Of a DNA stretch of 41,446 nt, positions 1-9,406 are shown in pieces. Location of the stretch: contig JAUVWO010000001.1 of assembly GCA_030604065.1 (NCBI GenBank), positions 1-41,446 of the forward strand, read 5' to 3'. The notes under the pieces were generated by a model that saw only the letters and a list, made by a program, of their open reading frames with translations, ran no database searches and was not told the origin of the DNA. The position numbers and the translations under genes were made by a program. The stretch is from Methanomassiliicoccales archaeon. GTDB lineage: Archaea > Thermoplasmatota > Thermoplasmata > Methanomassiliicoccales > JAUVWO01. Numbering within the stretch: position 1 is the stretch's first letter; every line of letters starts with the position of its first letter.

Positions 1-2
1 AG

Positions 3-1151
3 GTGCCCTACGTCAACGGGCTGCACAAGGACCTAAGGGGCATGGGCCAGGCTGTGCGCACGCTCATGGAGGCCGACCGGCCGCTCATACTTCTTGGAGG
101 GGGGGCCAAGTGGTCCGGGTGCGGGGCAGAGGCCATCCGCATGGCCGAGTCGCTCTCCGCGCCCATAGTCACCACTTTGATGGGCAAGGGCACCGTGCCC
201 GAGACCCATCCTCTATCTCTTGGCATGGTGGGCATGCACGGCCGTCGGGCGGCCAACTACGCCCTGGAGGAGTGCGACGTCATGCTGGCGGTGGGCACCC
301 GCTTCTCCGACCGGGCCGTTGGCGACCCCCGGTCCTGCCGCATGAGGGTCATACACATCGACATCGACCCCTCCGAGTCGGGCAAGAACGTCAGCCCCGA
401 CATATTCCTGTGCGGCAACGCCCGCGAGGTGATGTCGGAGATGATGCGAGCCATCAGCCTCAGGGTCGGCCGTTCGTCTTGGTCGGAGCGCATCGCCGAT
501 GTTCGGTCACGCTGTGACTGCGACATTTCTGCCGGGTCGAAGCCGATCTCACCGAGGTTTGCCATACACGAACTCGATCGGCTGCTGCCTGAGAACAGCA
601 TCGTCACCACCGAGGTGGGGCAGTGCCAGATGTGGGCGGCCCATTTCATGAAGGTTCCTCCAGGCCGCAGATTCATCACTTCAGGGGGGCTGGGCACCAT
701 GGGCTTCGGTCTCCCCGCGGCGCTGGGGGCAAAAGTGGCCGCCCCCGACGCCACCGTGGTGGACGTGGCTGGAGATGGCAGCCTTACCATGGTGTGCCAG
801 GAGATCGCCACCGCGGTGGAGGAGGACATCCCTGTCCTTATCCTGCTAATGAACAATGGGCGTCTGGGCATGATCCGTCAATACCAGCGCCTGTTCTTCG
901 GCGAGCGTCTGTTCGCCGAATCCTTGGGCGGCACCGACTACGTCAAGCTGGCGGAGGCCTTCGGCGCCCGGGCGGCCAGGGTGGAGGACCCCTCAGACCT
1001 GGCGAGCGCCATAGAGGAGGGCATCTCCTGCGGGCGCGCATTCCTTGTGGATGTCCAAGTGGACACCGACGAGGACATATTCCCCATGACCCTTAGGGGA
1101 GGGGAAGGGACCACAGTCTTTGGGGGCAGCTGCCCGTTCGATGGAGCGTGA
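3..1151 (+). CDS. ilvB: Acetolactate synthase large subunit (5'-truncated by window edge)
   Basis: LGMVGMHG, VGTRFSDR, HIDIDPSE, TEVGQCQMWAAH, SGGLGTMGFGLPAALGAK and TPP-binding GDGS...NNGRLGMIRQ motifs. Confidence 0.95.
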   Translation: MPYVNGLHKDLRGMGQAVRTLMEADRPLILLGGGAKWSGCGAEAIRMAESLSAPIVTTLMGKGTVPETHPLSLGMVGMHGRRAANYALEECDVMLAVGTRFSDRAVGDPRSCRMRVIHIDIDPSESGKNVSPDIFLCGNAREVMSEMMRAISLRVGRSSWSERIADVRSRCDCDISAGSKPISPRFAIHELDRLLPENSIVTTEVGQCQMWAAHFMKVPPGRRFITSGGLGTMGFGLPAALGAKVAAPDATVVDVAGDGSLTMVCQEIATAVEEDIPVLILLMNNGRLGMIRQYQRLFFGERLFAESLGGTDYVKLAEAFGARAARVEDPSDLASAIEEGISCGRAFLVDVQVDTDEDIFPMTLRGGEGTTVFGGSCPFDGA

Positions 1152-1155
1152 GAAT

Positions 1156-1518
1156 ATGGAAGTAATATCGATGATAGTCAACAACGAGTTCGGTGTCATG
1201 CAGCGCGTGATGGCCGAGTTCACCCGCAAGCGGATAAATGTGGAGACGATAGTGGAGGGCAAGTGCGAGATGGCCTCGAAAGCGCGCATCGTACTCACGG
1301 TCAAGGACCGGGGCGAGGCCGAGGCGGCGGTAGGCCGCCTGGAGCGCCTGCAGGATGTGGAACAGGTGGAGATCGTCGATCCCCATAGGCACGAGGCCTA
1401 TGCCTTGGTGAGCAACGGTGACAGCAAGGTCAGGCTCATCGGCTCCATTGAGGAGGTGGCCAAGCTGGTCGCCGTTACCGGTCCGGAGCAGTACATCCAG
1501 ATAGTGAACGCGTTGTGA
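1156..1518 (+). CDS. ilvN: Acetolactate synthase small (regulatory, ACT-domain) subunit
   Basis: ISMIVNNEFGVMQRVMAEFTRKRINVETI ACT pattern; immediately downstream of ilvB; ATG at 1156 preferred over the track's 1120. Confidence 0.85.
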   Translation: MEVISMIVNNEFGVMQRVMAEFTRKRINVETIVEGKCEMASKARIVLTVKDRGEAEAAVGRLERLQDVEQVEIVDPHRHEAYALVSNGDSKVRLIGSIEEVAKLVAVTGPEQYIQIVNAL

Positions 1519-1575
1519 GCGGGGAATGCTTATCAGAAGGATAGGGGATACCCAAGACAAGCGGAGTGTTCGAGG

Positions 1576-2490
1576 ATGGAACCCACGACCAAGATATGGA
1601 TGGATGGGGAGCTGGTGGACTGGGCCGATGCCAAGGTCCATGTGATGTCGCATGCGCTGCACTACGGCACAGGGGTGTTCGAGGGCATCAGGGTCTACCA
1701 CACCGATGAGGGACAGGCGATCTTCCGTCATCGGGATCACATCAAGCGGCTGCTGGATTCGGCCAAGGTGTTGGGTATGGATGTGCCGTACACGCTGGAT
1801 GAGCTCATCGATGCCAACCGGGAGACCGTTCGAGCGAACGGGGCGAATGTGGACTACCTGCGCCCCATAGCCTACCTTGGAGGGCAGAGGGTGGGACTCA
1901 ACCCCATCGGAGTGGACGTCAAGGTCAACATAATCTGCGTGCACATGGGCTCCTACTTGGGAGAGGACATGCAGGCCAACGGGGCAACGCTCATCACTTC
2001 TTCCTGGGAGAAGCCGTCCAACCGGGCAGCGGCCCTCAGCGCCAAGATATGCGGCAACTACGTCAACTCGGTGCTGGCCAAACAGGAGGCCATCCGTGCT
2101 GGGGCGGACGAGGCGCTGATGATCAATTCCAATGGCAATGTGGCCGAGGGCAGTGGTGAGAACGTGTTCCTGGTGCGCGATGGCGCCCTGCATACGCCCA
2201 TGGTCTCCGATGCGGTATTGGAGGGCATCACCCGCAACTCGGTCATCGAATTGGCAAGGGACGAAGGCATCGAGGTGGTACAGCGCAGCATGACCCGTAC
2301 CGAGCTATACGTGGCCGATGAGGTGTTCATGACCGGCACTGCCGCCGAGGTCACCCCGATACGCATGATCGACAACCGTCTCATCGCTGACGGCAAACCG
2401 GGGCCAGTGACCAAGCGACTCCAGGCCCTGTTCGCCAACGTCGCTTCTGGACGCAACCAGCGCTACCGTCGTTGGCTTGACGTCCTTTGA
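1576..2490 (+). CDS. ilvE: Branched-chain amino acid aminotransferase
   Basis: HALHYGTGVFEGIR, AKICGNY (PLP Lys), EGSGENVF, LEGITR, EVFMTGTAAEVTP. Confidence 0.97.
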   Translation: MEPTTKIWMDGELVDWADAKVHVMSHALHYGTGVFEGIRVYHTDEGQAIFRHRDHIKRLLDSAKVLGMDVPYTLDELIDANRETVRANGANVDYLRPIAYLGGQRVGLNPIGVDVKVNIICVHMGSYLGEDMQANGATLITSSWEKPSNRAAALSAKICGNYVNSVLAKQEAIRAGADEALMINSNGNVAEGSGENVFLVRDGALHTPMVSDAVLEGITRNSVIELARDEGIEVVQRSMTRTELYVADEVFMTGTAAEVTPIRMIDNRLIADGKPGPVTKRLQALFANVASGRNQRYRRWLDVL

Positions 2491-2495
2491 GCCAC

Positions 2496-2516
2496 AAACC
2501 TTTTATCCATTTCTTT
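2496..2516 (+). terminator. Probable T-rich archaeal terminator (AAACCTTTT motif)
   Basis: aaaccttttatccatttcttt directly after the ilvE stop; a similar motif follows ndk. Confidence 0.55.
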
Positions 2517-2542
2517 AGAATAATATCCCCAAGTGATGTCAC

Positions 2543-3043
2543 ATGAGCACTGAGGAGAACCTGAAGGAGGCCTTTGCAGGCGAGTCGAAGGCCAACCGGA
2601 CCTATTTGGCATTCGCCAAGAAGGCGGAGCAGGAAGGATACCCGAACATCGCCCGGCTGTTCCGGGCAGCGGCGGACTCAGAGACCATTCATGCGCTGTA
2701 CCATTTTCAAGTAATGGGTATGGTCAATGGCACCAAGGAGAATCTGAGCGTTGCTCAGGGCGGGGAGAACTACGAGCACACCGACATGTACCCCAAGTTC
2801 ATCGAGGAGGCCATGGCAGAGGATAATAAGGACGCCGCTCTGGGATTCAGGTTGGCATCGCGGGTCGAGGAGATACATGAGACCAAGTTCCACGGTGCCG
2901 AGACGGCGCTGGACTCGGGCCATGACCTCCCGGGGCGCAGAATGTACGTATGCCAGTACTGCGGCAACGTTGAAGAGGGCGAGGTGCCGGAGCGCTGCCC
3001 AGTCTGCGGGATGTCGGCGTCGATGTTCTCCGAGGTCCAATAG
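2543..3043 (+). CDS. rbr: Rubrerythrin
   Basis: NLKEAFAGES, ExxH diiron motifs (ETIH, EEIH), C-terminal CQYC...CPVC rubredoxin-like site. Confidence 0.95.
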   Translation: MSTEENLKEAFAGESKANRTYLAFAKKAEQEGYPNIARLFRAAADSETIHALYHFQVMGMVNGTKENLSVAQGGENYEHTDMYPKFIEEAMAEDNKDAALGFRLASRVEEIHETKFHGAETALDSGHDLPGRRMYVCQYCGNVEEGEVPERCPVCGMSASMFSEVQ

Positions 3044-3062
3044 CTCTGTCCAACGGTCTATC

Positions 3063-4295
3063 CTATCGGTTCACAGTCATCAGGTAAAGTGCGCTGGTCG
3101 CGCAGATGCACAGAGACGAGACCAGCATGATCATCGCCAGCTGGTCAGCAGTGGTGGTGAACAATCCGATCAGGATGACCTGGATGATGGTGAACACTCC
3201 CAGTATCCATATGATCAGGTAGCGTTCCGCTCCCATGGCATAGGTGTTGAACAGGTTGGCCAACGAGTAGAACATCATGGCGAAGCCCATGATCTTCAGG
3301 GTGTCGGCCGCGTCCACGTACTGCTCACCGTAGAAAAGTCCGAGAATGTCGTCGGGGATAAAGAAAAAGGCCAATGCGGCAGAGCTGCATAGCAGTATGG
3401 CCAGACCGAACGACTTGATGGTCACGTCCCTTTTCGACGTCCCCTTCGCCATGGCCTTGGCCAGCTTGGGCAGCATCACTGCGGAGATGGCGCTGGGCAG
3501 GAACAGGACAACCTTGCTCAGCATCGATGCGGCCGAGAACAGGCCGGCCTCATAATTGTCCAGGTATATCCTGGCTGCCAAGATGTCGACGTTTGTCATG
3601 ACCCCTATGGCCAGCACACCTATCATTGAGGGGACGGCGTACATCCACACCCCCTCCTTGGTCAAACGCACCGGCGGCGATTTCCAAACCTGGTGAGACG
3701 GGACAAGGGCGATCAACACAGACACCAGGGAGCCTAGGAGTACTGCGCACAAGGCCCCACCGACCTGAAAGCCCAACAGGACGAGGGCCACCGCGCTCAC
3801 TACCTTGACCACGGCACCCATCATCTGCTGCAGGCCCAACGACCAGTATTCCTCGACCCCCTGGGCCACGCCCATGCCCGCGGGCAGCACTACCCTGAGG
3901 GCCACGGCGCAGGACAGGATGCAGATGACCTCGAACGAGCTGATCGCAAGGTAATATTCGATCAGCGGGATCATCAGCATGACCGCCGCGGCGCACACCA
4001 GCGCCACGATCAGGACGATGGCGAACGCCCGCCTGACCATCCAGGAGGCCTCTCCGTCCCGACCCTCGGTCTTTAGTCGGGCTATGTAGCGGGCGAGCAC
4101 GATCTGGATCGCCATGGGTGGTATGGAGACCATCATCAGGATGCTGAGCAGGGCCGTTAGCTCAGAGTAACTCTCCACACCCAGGGAGCGGCCCATGGCT
4201 ATCTGATAGATATAGTCACATGCTCCAGCACCGACCGTGGTAATGAACATGATCATCGTGGGCTTGATGAACTCCCCATCATCAGCGTTGCTCAA
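3063..4295 (-). CDS. Oligosaccharide flippase (Wzx/MOP family)
   Basis: About 12 hydrophobic segments; GRSLGVESY, AGLFSAA, LFYGEQYVDAA patterns; adjacent to GT and rfb genes. Confidence 0.85.
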   Translation of the reverse strand: MSNADDGEFIKPTMIMFITTVGAGACDYIYQIAMGRSLGVESYSELTALLSILMMVSIPPMAIQIVLARYIARLKTEGRDGEASWMVRRAFAIVLIVALVCAAAVMLMIPLIEYYLAISSFEVICILSCAVALRVVLPAGMGVAQGVEEYWSLGLQQMMGAVVKVVSAVALVLLGFQVGGALCAVLLGSLVSVLIALVPSHQVWKSPPVRLTKEGVWMYAVPSMIGVLAIGVMTNVDILAARIYLDNYEAGLFSAASMLSKVVLFLPSAISAVMLPKLAKAMAKGTSKRDVTIKSFGLAILLCSSAALAFFFIPDDILGLFYGEQYVDAADTLKIMGFAMMFYSLANLFNTYAMGAERYLIIWILGVFTIIQVILIGLFTTTADQLAMIMLVSSLCICATSALYLMTVNR

Positions 4296-4388
4296 GGGTT
4301 CTACTCAAGATATGAATGATATAATAATCTTGCTCGATGCACCCAGATGGGGAGAATCTTATCTATAAACTATTGATTCATGGGTTCC

Positions 4389-5550
4389 ATGAATGTCCTT
4401 CTGGTCACTCTCGACCATCTCCTGAACACATATGGTGGGTGAGGGATCAGCGTCCATCTGCTGGCTGCTAGCTTGAGGGATAGGGGCGTCCATGTGGACG
4501 TTCTAGCTTTCACCGCCAAGGGCCCCTGAGCAACGAGGGGTGCAGCACATCCCCCAGCCTCGGGGACCTGCGCTGCTCAATACCGAGACCCGGAGGCACA
4601 TCAGAGAGCTGAAGGACGACTACGATCCCATCCACGTGTACAACACGGTGCAGATGCCAACGGCGGTTTCGGAGGCTGACGGCATACCCGTTGTGGACAC
4701 TCTCAACAACATCGATCTCATCTGTCCCAACCCACGGTTCGCCGACCCGAGCGCTGCAGGCCGTACGGCACGGTCCGGCGCCTACGCTGCGTTCTCAAGA
4801 ACAATGAGCGACCTATGGATAAGGTCGACGCACTGCAGAAGTGGCTCAATATCAGGTTGCTGCAATGTCGGTCCAAGGATGTTGACCGGCTTCTGCCCCT
4901 CACTGATGCGGTAATGGAATTCTATACAATGTCGGGATACCGATCGGAGCGGTCTTGGACCATACCCAACATGGTGGAGGATGCAGGCATCGAGGATCAC
5001 ACGTTCGATGGTCGCCGTGACATTCTCTACGTGGGCCGGGTGGAGGAGGACAAGGGGGTGCACACCCTGATCGAGGCGTTCGACCTCTTGGACGACGGGA
5101 ACGCAACGCTGACCATCGTTGGCACCGGTTCCGCCATGGAGCTGATGCAACAACTGGTCTCAGGAACCAGGCACGCCGATCGCATATCCTTTGTGGGTAA
5201 GGTGGATCGGGGACGGGTGTTGGACCACTATCGGTCGGCGTCCGTGTTCGTCCATCCGGCGATATGGCCGGAGCCGTTCGGCCGTACGCTACTAGAGGCG
5301 ATGCGCTTCTCGCTACCGATCGTGGCCTCAGACGCCGGAGCCTTGCCGGAGATACTGGACGACCACTCGCTCATGTTCGAAAAAGGCGATCCGCATGACC
5401 TGTGCCTGAGGTTGTGATCGGCCATCGATCGCATCGGGTCCGGGGAGCGTTTCGATCACTCAGAACGGCTGACAGAGTTCTCTCTCGATAGGGTGGCTTC
5501 CCACACGATGTCCGTTTACCGGGAGTGCATCAGGGAGAATTTCAAGGTGT
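4389..5550 (+). pseudogene. Disrupted GT4-family glycosyltransferase
   Basis: Reads MNVLLVT...YGG*GISVHLLA (TGA at 4440); frameshift near 4520 into IHVYN...TLNNIDLICP; frameshift near 4745 into ILYVGRVEEDKG...EPFGRTLLEAM; TGA at 5415, after which homology-like text continues (FSLDRVASHTMSVYREC). Confidence 0.85.
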
Positions 5551-5555
5551 CGGGA

Positions 5556-6626
5556 TCAAAGCCCGACCGAGCAGTTCTCGCCAACCACAAGGCGGATCCC
5601 CCGAGGCTTTCGATCATTCTCGCTCAGAATGGTCGTGTTCCCCCCTATTAGGCTGTCCACGATGTTCTGGTCGCATTCGATGTGGCACCCGTCCATGATT
5701 ATGGACGATCCCAATTCTCCCCCGGCGAGGCGGCAGCCATTGCCGATGGAGGTGTATGGACCTATGTACGTTGGACCGATATCGCAGTCGCGTCCAACGA
5801 TCGCTGGTCCGCAGATGACCGCGCCATCGCGCACGATAGTGCCCTTGCCGATGGATACCCGGCCCTCGATGCGGGCACCATCCTCTATCGTACCCAGGAC
5901 ATCGGGCTTCATATCGTCCAGCACCAGCCGGTTGGCGGCCAGGATGTCGCTGGGCTTGCCAGTGTCCTTCCACCATCCACGGACCTGTTTGGCGGTAACG
6001 TTACCCACTTCCTGTCTCAGGGTGTCGATGGCGTCGGTGATCTCCAGCTCGTTGCGCCATGATGGCTTCAAACGATCGATCACCGGGAACACGCTGCTGC
6101 GCAGCAGGTAGATGCCTATCATGGCCAGGTCGCTGCGCGGCTCTTTTGGCTTCTCCACCAGGGAGATGATGTGACCGTCATCATCCAGCTCAGCGATGCC
6201 GAACTGCTGAGGGTTGGACACCTGGCACAGCGCCACCATTGCCTCATCGTCCGAGACCAAGAACTCATCGACCATGAACTTGATCCCGCCGGTGAGGATG
6301 TTGTCCCCGAGGTAGACGACGAACGGTTCGTCGCCCATGAACTCCCGAGCGCATCCCACTGCATGGGCGATGCCTCGCGGCTCACCTTGCACGATATATG
6401 TGATCTTGACACCGAAATCGGACCCATCACCAAGTAGTTCCCGGACCTTCTTGGGCATATTGTTGCCGAGAATGATGCCGATCACGGTGACCCCGGCGTC
6501 CCTGATATCCTCTAGGCAGTAGAGGATGTTGGGCGTGTTGGCTCTCGGTCTCAGTGGTTTGGGTCCGGTGTGGGTCAGCGGCCTGAGCCTAGTGCCGGAG
6601 CCCCCGGCCAGTATGAGTCCCTTCAT
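5556..6626 (-). CDS. rfbA: Glucose-1-phosphate thymidylyltransferase (long form with C-terminal LbH repeats)
   Basis: KGLILAGGSGTRLRPLT, YLGDNI, EKP, ELEITDAI, WWKDTG; hexapeptide repeats; in operon with rfbC and rfbD. Confidence 0.92.
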   Translation of the reverse strand: MKGLILAGGSGTRLRPLTHTGPKPLRPRANTPNILYCLEDIRDAGVTVIGIILGNNMPKKVRELLGDGSDFGVKITYIVQGEPRGIAHAVGCAREFMGDEPFVVYLGDNILTGGIKFMVDEFLVSDDEAMVALCQVSNPQQFGIAELDDDGHIISLVEKPKEPRSDLAMIGIYLLRSSVFPVIDRLKPSWRNELEITDAIDTLRQEVGNVTAKQVRGWWKDTGKPSDILAANRLVLDDMKPDVLGTIEDGARIEGRVSIGKGTIVRDGAVICGPAIVGRDCDIGPTYIGPYTSIGNGCRLAGGELGSSIIMDGCHIECDQNIVDSLIGGNTTILSENDRKPRGIRLVVGENCSVGL

Positions 6627-7516
6627 TGTACTCCCTCTTCCTGCCTCATGCGCATGAGGCCATCTCTGAATCCCAGCATCGGCTTATCAATTGTTCGGAC
6701 GAGATGGGATACGTCCAGGCACGACATCGGCGGGCGGGCCGCTGGCAGATCCACACTGGAGGTGGGCACCGCACCCATGAGTTCCTTGTCCAACTCGAAG
6801 GCGTCAGCGATGTCCATGCCCATTGTGACCCGATCCAGGCAGTTGGGGCCTGAAGCATGATACACTCCGCCGGGACATCGGTCCAGCATCGCCAGCAGCA
6901 CCTCGGCGCAATGGGGGGCGTAAGTTGGGGACACTCGTTGATCGGCGAACAGATCTATGTGCCGACCCTGGCGCAGGGAGTCGATGACCCAGGTGACGAA
7001 GTTGCCCTTGGACGATGCCCGGCTCCACCCGTACACCACCGACACCCGGGCCACTAGGTTGTCATTACTGGCCGCCATCACCGCCTGCTCCCCTTCAAGC
7101 TTGCTGTGACCATACGCGCTCAGCGGTGCGGGGGCATCTTCCTCGGTGTAGGCGGAGCCTTTGGTCCCATCGAAAACGTAGTCAGTGGACACGTATACCA
7201 ATCTTACCCCCAGCTTGGCACATGCCTCGGCAACCGCCTCCGGGCCACCGGCGTTCACAGCCCTGGCCGCATTCGGCTCTCGTTCGCAATGGTCCACGTG
7301 GGTCATGGCGGCCGTCAGCACCACAGCGTCCGGGGAAGCGGATATGATCGATTCCATGGTGCCGGCGGCGTCGGTGAGGTCCAGCCGCACCCTCTCGTCA
7401 CCGGCCGTTGGTACGGTGGAGGAGTAACCGGCCACGGTGTCATGGCCCAGGGAGGAGGCGGCCTCGACCACGTAATGGCCAAGCAGCCCCGCTGACCCGA
7501 TGACCATCAGCCTCAT
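6623..7516 (-). CDS. rfbD: dTDP-4-dehydrorhamnose reductase
   Basis: GSAGLLG, AAMTHVDHCE, STDYVFDG, YGHSKLEGE, SPTY, PAARP. Confidence 0.95.
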   Translation of the reverse strand: MRLMVIGSAGLLGHYVVEAASSLGHDTVAGYSSTVPTAGDERVRLDLTDAAGTMESIISASPDAVVLTAAMTHVDHCEREPNAARAVNAGGPEAVAEACAKLGVRLVYVSTDYVFDGTKGSAYTEEDAPAPLSAYGHSKLEGEQAVMAASNDNLVARVSVVYGWSRASSKGNFVTWVIDSLRQGRHIDLFADQRVSPTYAPHCAEVLLAMLDRCPGGVYHASGPNCLDRVTMGMDIADAFELDKELMGAVPTSSVDLPAARPPMSCLDVSHLVRTIDKPMLGFRDGLMRMRQEEGVQ

Positions 7517-7517
7517 G

Positions 7518-8048
7518 TCATCGCTCCATCAGGGGATAGGCGGCATCCTTGGGTGACAGGATCGGATCTGCGACGGGCCAGTCGATGCCGAAGGCCGGGT
7601 CGTCCCAGCGGAACCCGCGCTCGTGATCCGGTGACCACAGCTCGAAGGTCAGGTACTGCACCTCGGTCCCGTCCTCCATGGCCTGGTAGCCGTGGGCGAA
7701 TCCATGGGGTATGTACAACATCCCTCGTTCCTCGGGATCCAGCTCCGCTCCCGTCCAGCGACCGAAGGTAGGCGATCCCGGTCGAACGTCCACGGCCACG
7801 TCGAATATGCGGCCGCGCAGGCAGCTGACCAGCTTGGTCTGAGCCATCGGGGCGACCTGCATATGCAGCCCCCGGAGCGTGCCCCGGGTCACGTTCTGTG
7901 GAAGGTTCACTTGAGCTACCCGATGCTCCAGGCCCGCCTGCCGGAAACGCTCGGTCTGGAACAGCTCGGTGAAGTAGCCCCTCTCATCGCGGAACAGCTG
8001 CGGGGTCACCAGCAGCACGCCCTCCAGTCCAGTTTCCTTGACATCCAT
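7518..8048 (-). CDS. rfbC: dTDP-4-dehydrorhamnose 3,5-epimerase
   Basis: DERGYF, GTLRGLH, FDVAVDVRPGSPTFG, GFAHG, ILSPKD; start at the MDVKET ATG (8048). Confidence 0.95.
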   Translation of the reverse strand: MDVKETGLEGVLLVTPQLFRDERGYFTELFQTERFRQAGLEHRVAQVNLPQNVTRGTLRGLHMQVAPMAQTKLVSCLRGRIFDVAVDVRPGSPTFGRWTGAELDPEERGMLYIPHGFAHGYQAMEDGTEVQYLTFELWSPDHERGFRWDDPAFGIDWPVADPILSPKDAAYPLMER

Positions 8049-8093
8049 TGTGTTCGGGCAGCTATTGCGACCGCTCAACAAAACCCTTTCGGG

Positions 8094-8372
8094 TCACCGA
8101 CCGCTCGCCTCGGCGATGCGCCTCATGTAGTGCTCTGCCGTCGTCTTGTCCAGTGGCTGGTGGTGGCCGTCCACGTGGATCTCCAGGTCCTGCACGATCA
8201 GGCGTCTGCGTCTGGCCTCTTCGAGGAATGCCTCAAGGGTCCGTTCGATGGCGGTGGGCTCGTCGCAGTCCTCAAAGGTCATGATGAACCCCTGGCGATG
8301 TTCCTGCTCGTCGTGATGCTCCACTTCCTTATACAATATTTCCACTCTTGGCATGGGTATCGATGACATCAT
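8094..8372 (-). CDS. Hypothetical protein (~85-92 aa)
   Basis: Fills the gap between rfbC and rpl7ae and has a protein-like, charged composition; start uncertain (8372, 8369 or 8354); no family recognised. Confidence 0.55.
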   Translation of the reverse strand: MMSSIPMPRVEILYKEVEHHDEQEHRQGFIMTFEDCDEPTAIERTLEAFLEEARRRRLIVQDLEIHVDGHHQPLDKTTAEHYMRRIAEASGR

Positions 8373-8440
8373 ATGTCGGCCAGGGTTATTCAAGGCTTGC
8401 CCGCGGGCGGTGGCTGGTGCCGTTCAGGCTGCTGACAAAT

Positions 8441-8450
8441 CTTTTTATAG
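8441..8450 (+). promoter_or_regulatory. TATA box of the rpl7ae operon
   Basis: aaatctttttatag, about 80 bp upstream of the rpl7ae ATG. Confidence 0.55.
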
Positions 8451-8490
8451 AGCAACCACTTACAACGGATTTGCTCTTTTGAGCCCATGA

Positions 8491-8522
8491 ATGATGATGG
8501 CGTGAAAGCGTCTGAAGGAGGT
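8491..8522 (+). promoter_or_regulatory. Box C/D-type kink-turn hairpin in the rpl7ae 5' UTR, adjacent to the SD (L7Ae autoregulatory site)
   Basis: ATGATGATGGCGT-GAAA-GCGTCTGA-AGGAGGT: tandem G.A pairs, a U.U pair, a 5-bp stem and a GNRA loop; the D box CTGA abuts SD GGAGGT. Confidence 0.8.
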
Positions 8523-8527
8523 AAATA

Positions 8528-8893
8528 ATGTCAATATATGTCAAGTTTGAGACCCCAAAGGAGCTCCAGGACAAGGCTTATCAGCTTGTGGAGACCGCTA
8601 GGGACACCGGCAAGATCAAGAAGGGTACCAACGAGGTCACCAAGGTCATTGAGAGGGGCGATGCCAAGATCATAGTGATGGCCACCGACGTCGAGCCCCC
8701 TGAGATACTCGCTCACATTCCTATGCTGTGCGAGGAGAAGAACGTACCCTACGTCTACGTCGGCTCCAAGGCTGAGCTCGGCAACGCCACTGGTCTGGAG
8801 AAGCCCACCGCTTCCATCGCGATCATTGACGCTGGCAAGGCCAAGCCGCTGCTGGATGCAGTGAATGAGGAAGTCGCGAAGCTGAAGGAGTAG
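8528..8893 (+). CDS. rpl7ae: 50S ribosomal protein L7Ae
   Basis: [35 protein letters not shown]; strong GGAGGT SD. Confidence 0.98.
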   Translation: MSIYVKFETPKELQDKAYQLVETARDTGKIKKGTNEVTKVIERGDAKIIVMATDVEPPEILAHIPMLCEEKNVPYVYVGSKAELGNATGLEKPTASIAIIDAGKAKPLLDAVNEEVAKLKE

Positions 8894-8903
8894 GTGCGTG
8901 GTC

Positions 8904-9113
8904 ATGAACGAGGACAGCATTCCTGCCGAGGTCGTGGAGATCGTCGGTCGGACTGGCATGACCGGTGAGGCCACTCAGGTGAAGGTCCGTGTCCTGGATG
9001 GCCGGGACAAGGGCAGGATCATAACTAGGACCATCATGGGCCCCGTGAGGATGGGTGACCTTCTGATGCTGCGCGAGACCTCCCGCGAGGCCCGCAAGCT
9101 GAGCATCAGGTGA
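8904..9113 (+). CDS. rps28e: 30S ribosomal protein S28e
   Basis: [25 protein letters not shown]...GPVRMGD...LRETSREA. Confidence 0.97.
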   Translation: MNEDSIPAEVVEIVGRTGMTGEATQVKVRVLDGRDKGRIITRTIMGPVRMGDLLMLRETSREARKLSIR

Positions 9114-9129
9114 TCTGGAGGCGATTCCT

Positions 9130-9402
9130 ATGGTAGATCAAAAGGTCTGCTCGTTCTGTGGCGAGAGCATCGAGCCCGGTACCGGGAAGATGTACGTCAA
9201 GAAGGACGGCACCGTTTACAACTATTGCACGATGAAGTGCTACAAGAACATGGTCGTTCTGGGCCGGGTCCCGAGGACCACGACCTGGACCAAGGCATAC
9301 GCTAAGGAGAAGGACGCCCGCTTGCGCTCAGAGGAGCACAAGAAGCCCCGCAAGGCCTCCCGCCGTGGCGGCCGCATAAGGCGCAGGATCGAACAGGAGT
9401 GA
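9130..9402 (+). CDS. rpl24e: 50S ribosomal protein L24e
   Basis: [21 protein letters not shown]...CTMKC zinc motif. Confidence 0.97.
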   Translation: MVDQKVCSFCGESIEPGTGKMYVKKDGTVYNYCTMKCYKNMVVLGRVPRTTTWTKAYAKEKDARLRSEEHKKPRKASRRGGRIRRRIEQE

Positions 9403-9406
9403 TCAC

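Noticed and set aside
1093..2193. Long antisense ORFs (for example 1093-2193, 9866-10585, 12673-13668, 23036-23863, 23919-24674)
   Set aside because: Shadow ORFs opposite well-supported genes, as expected at high GC3
4440..5417. TGA recoding (Sec/Trp/Gly) in the GT4 gene
   Set aside because: The gene also has two frameshifts, and TGA is the commonest true stop in this window
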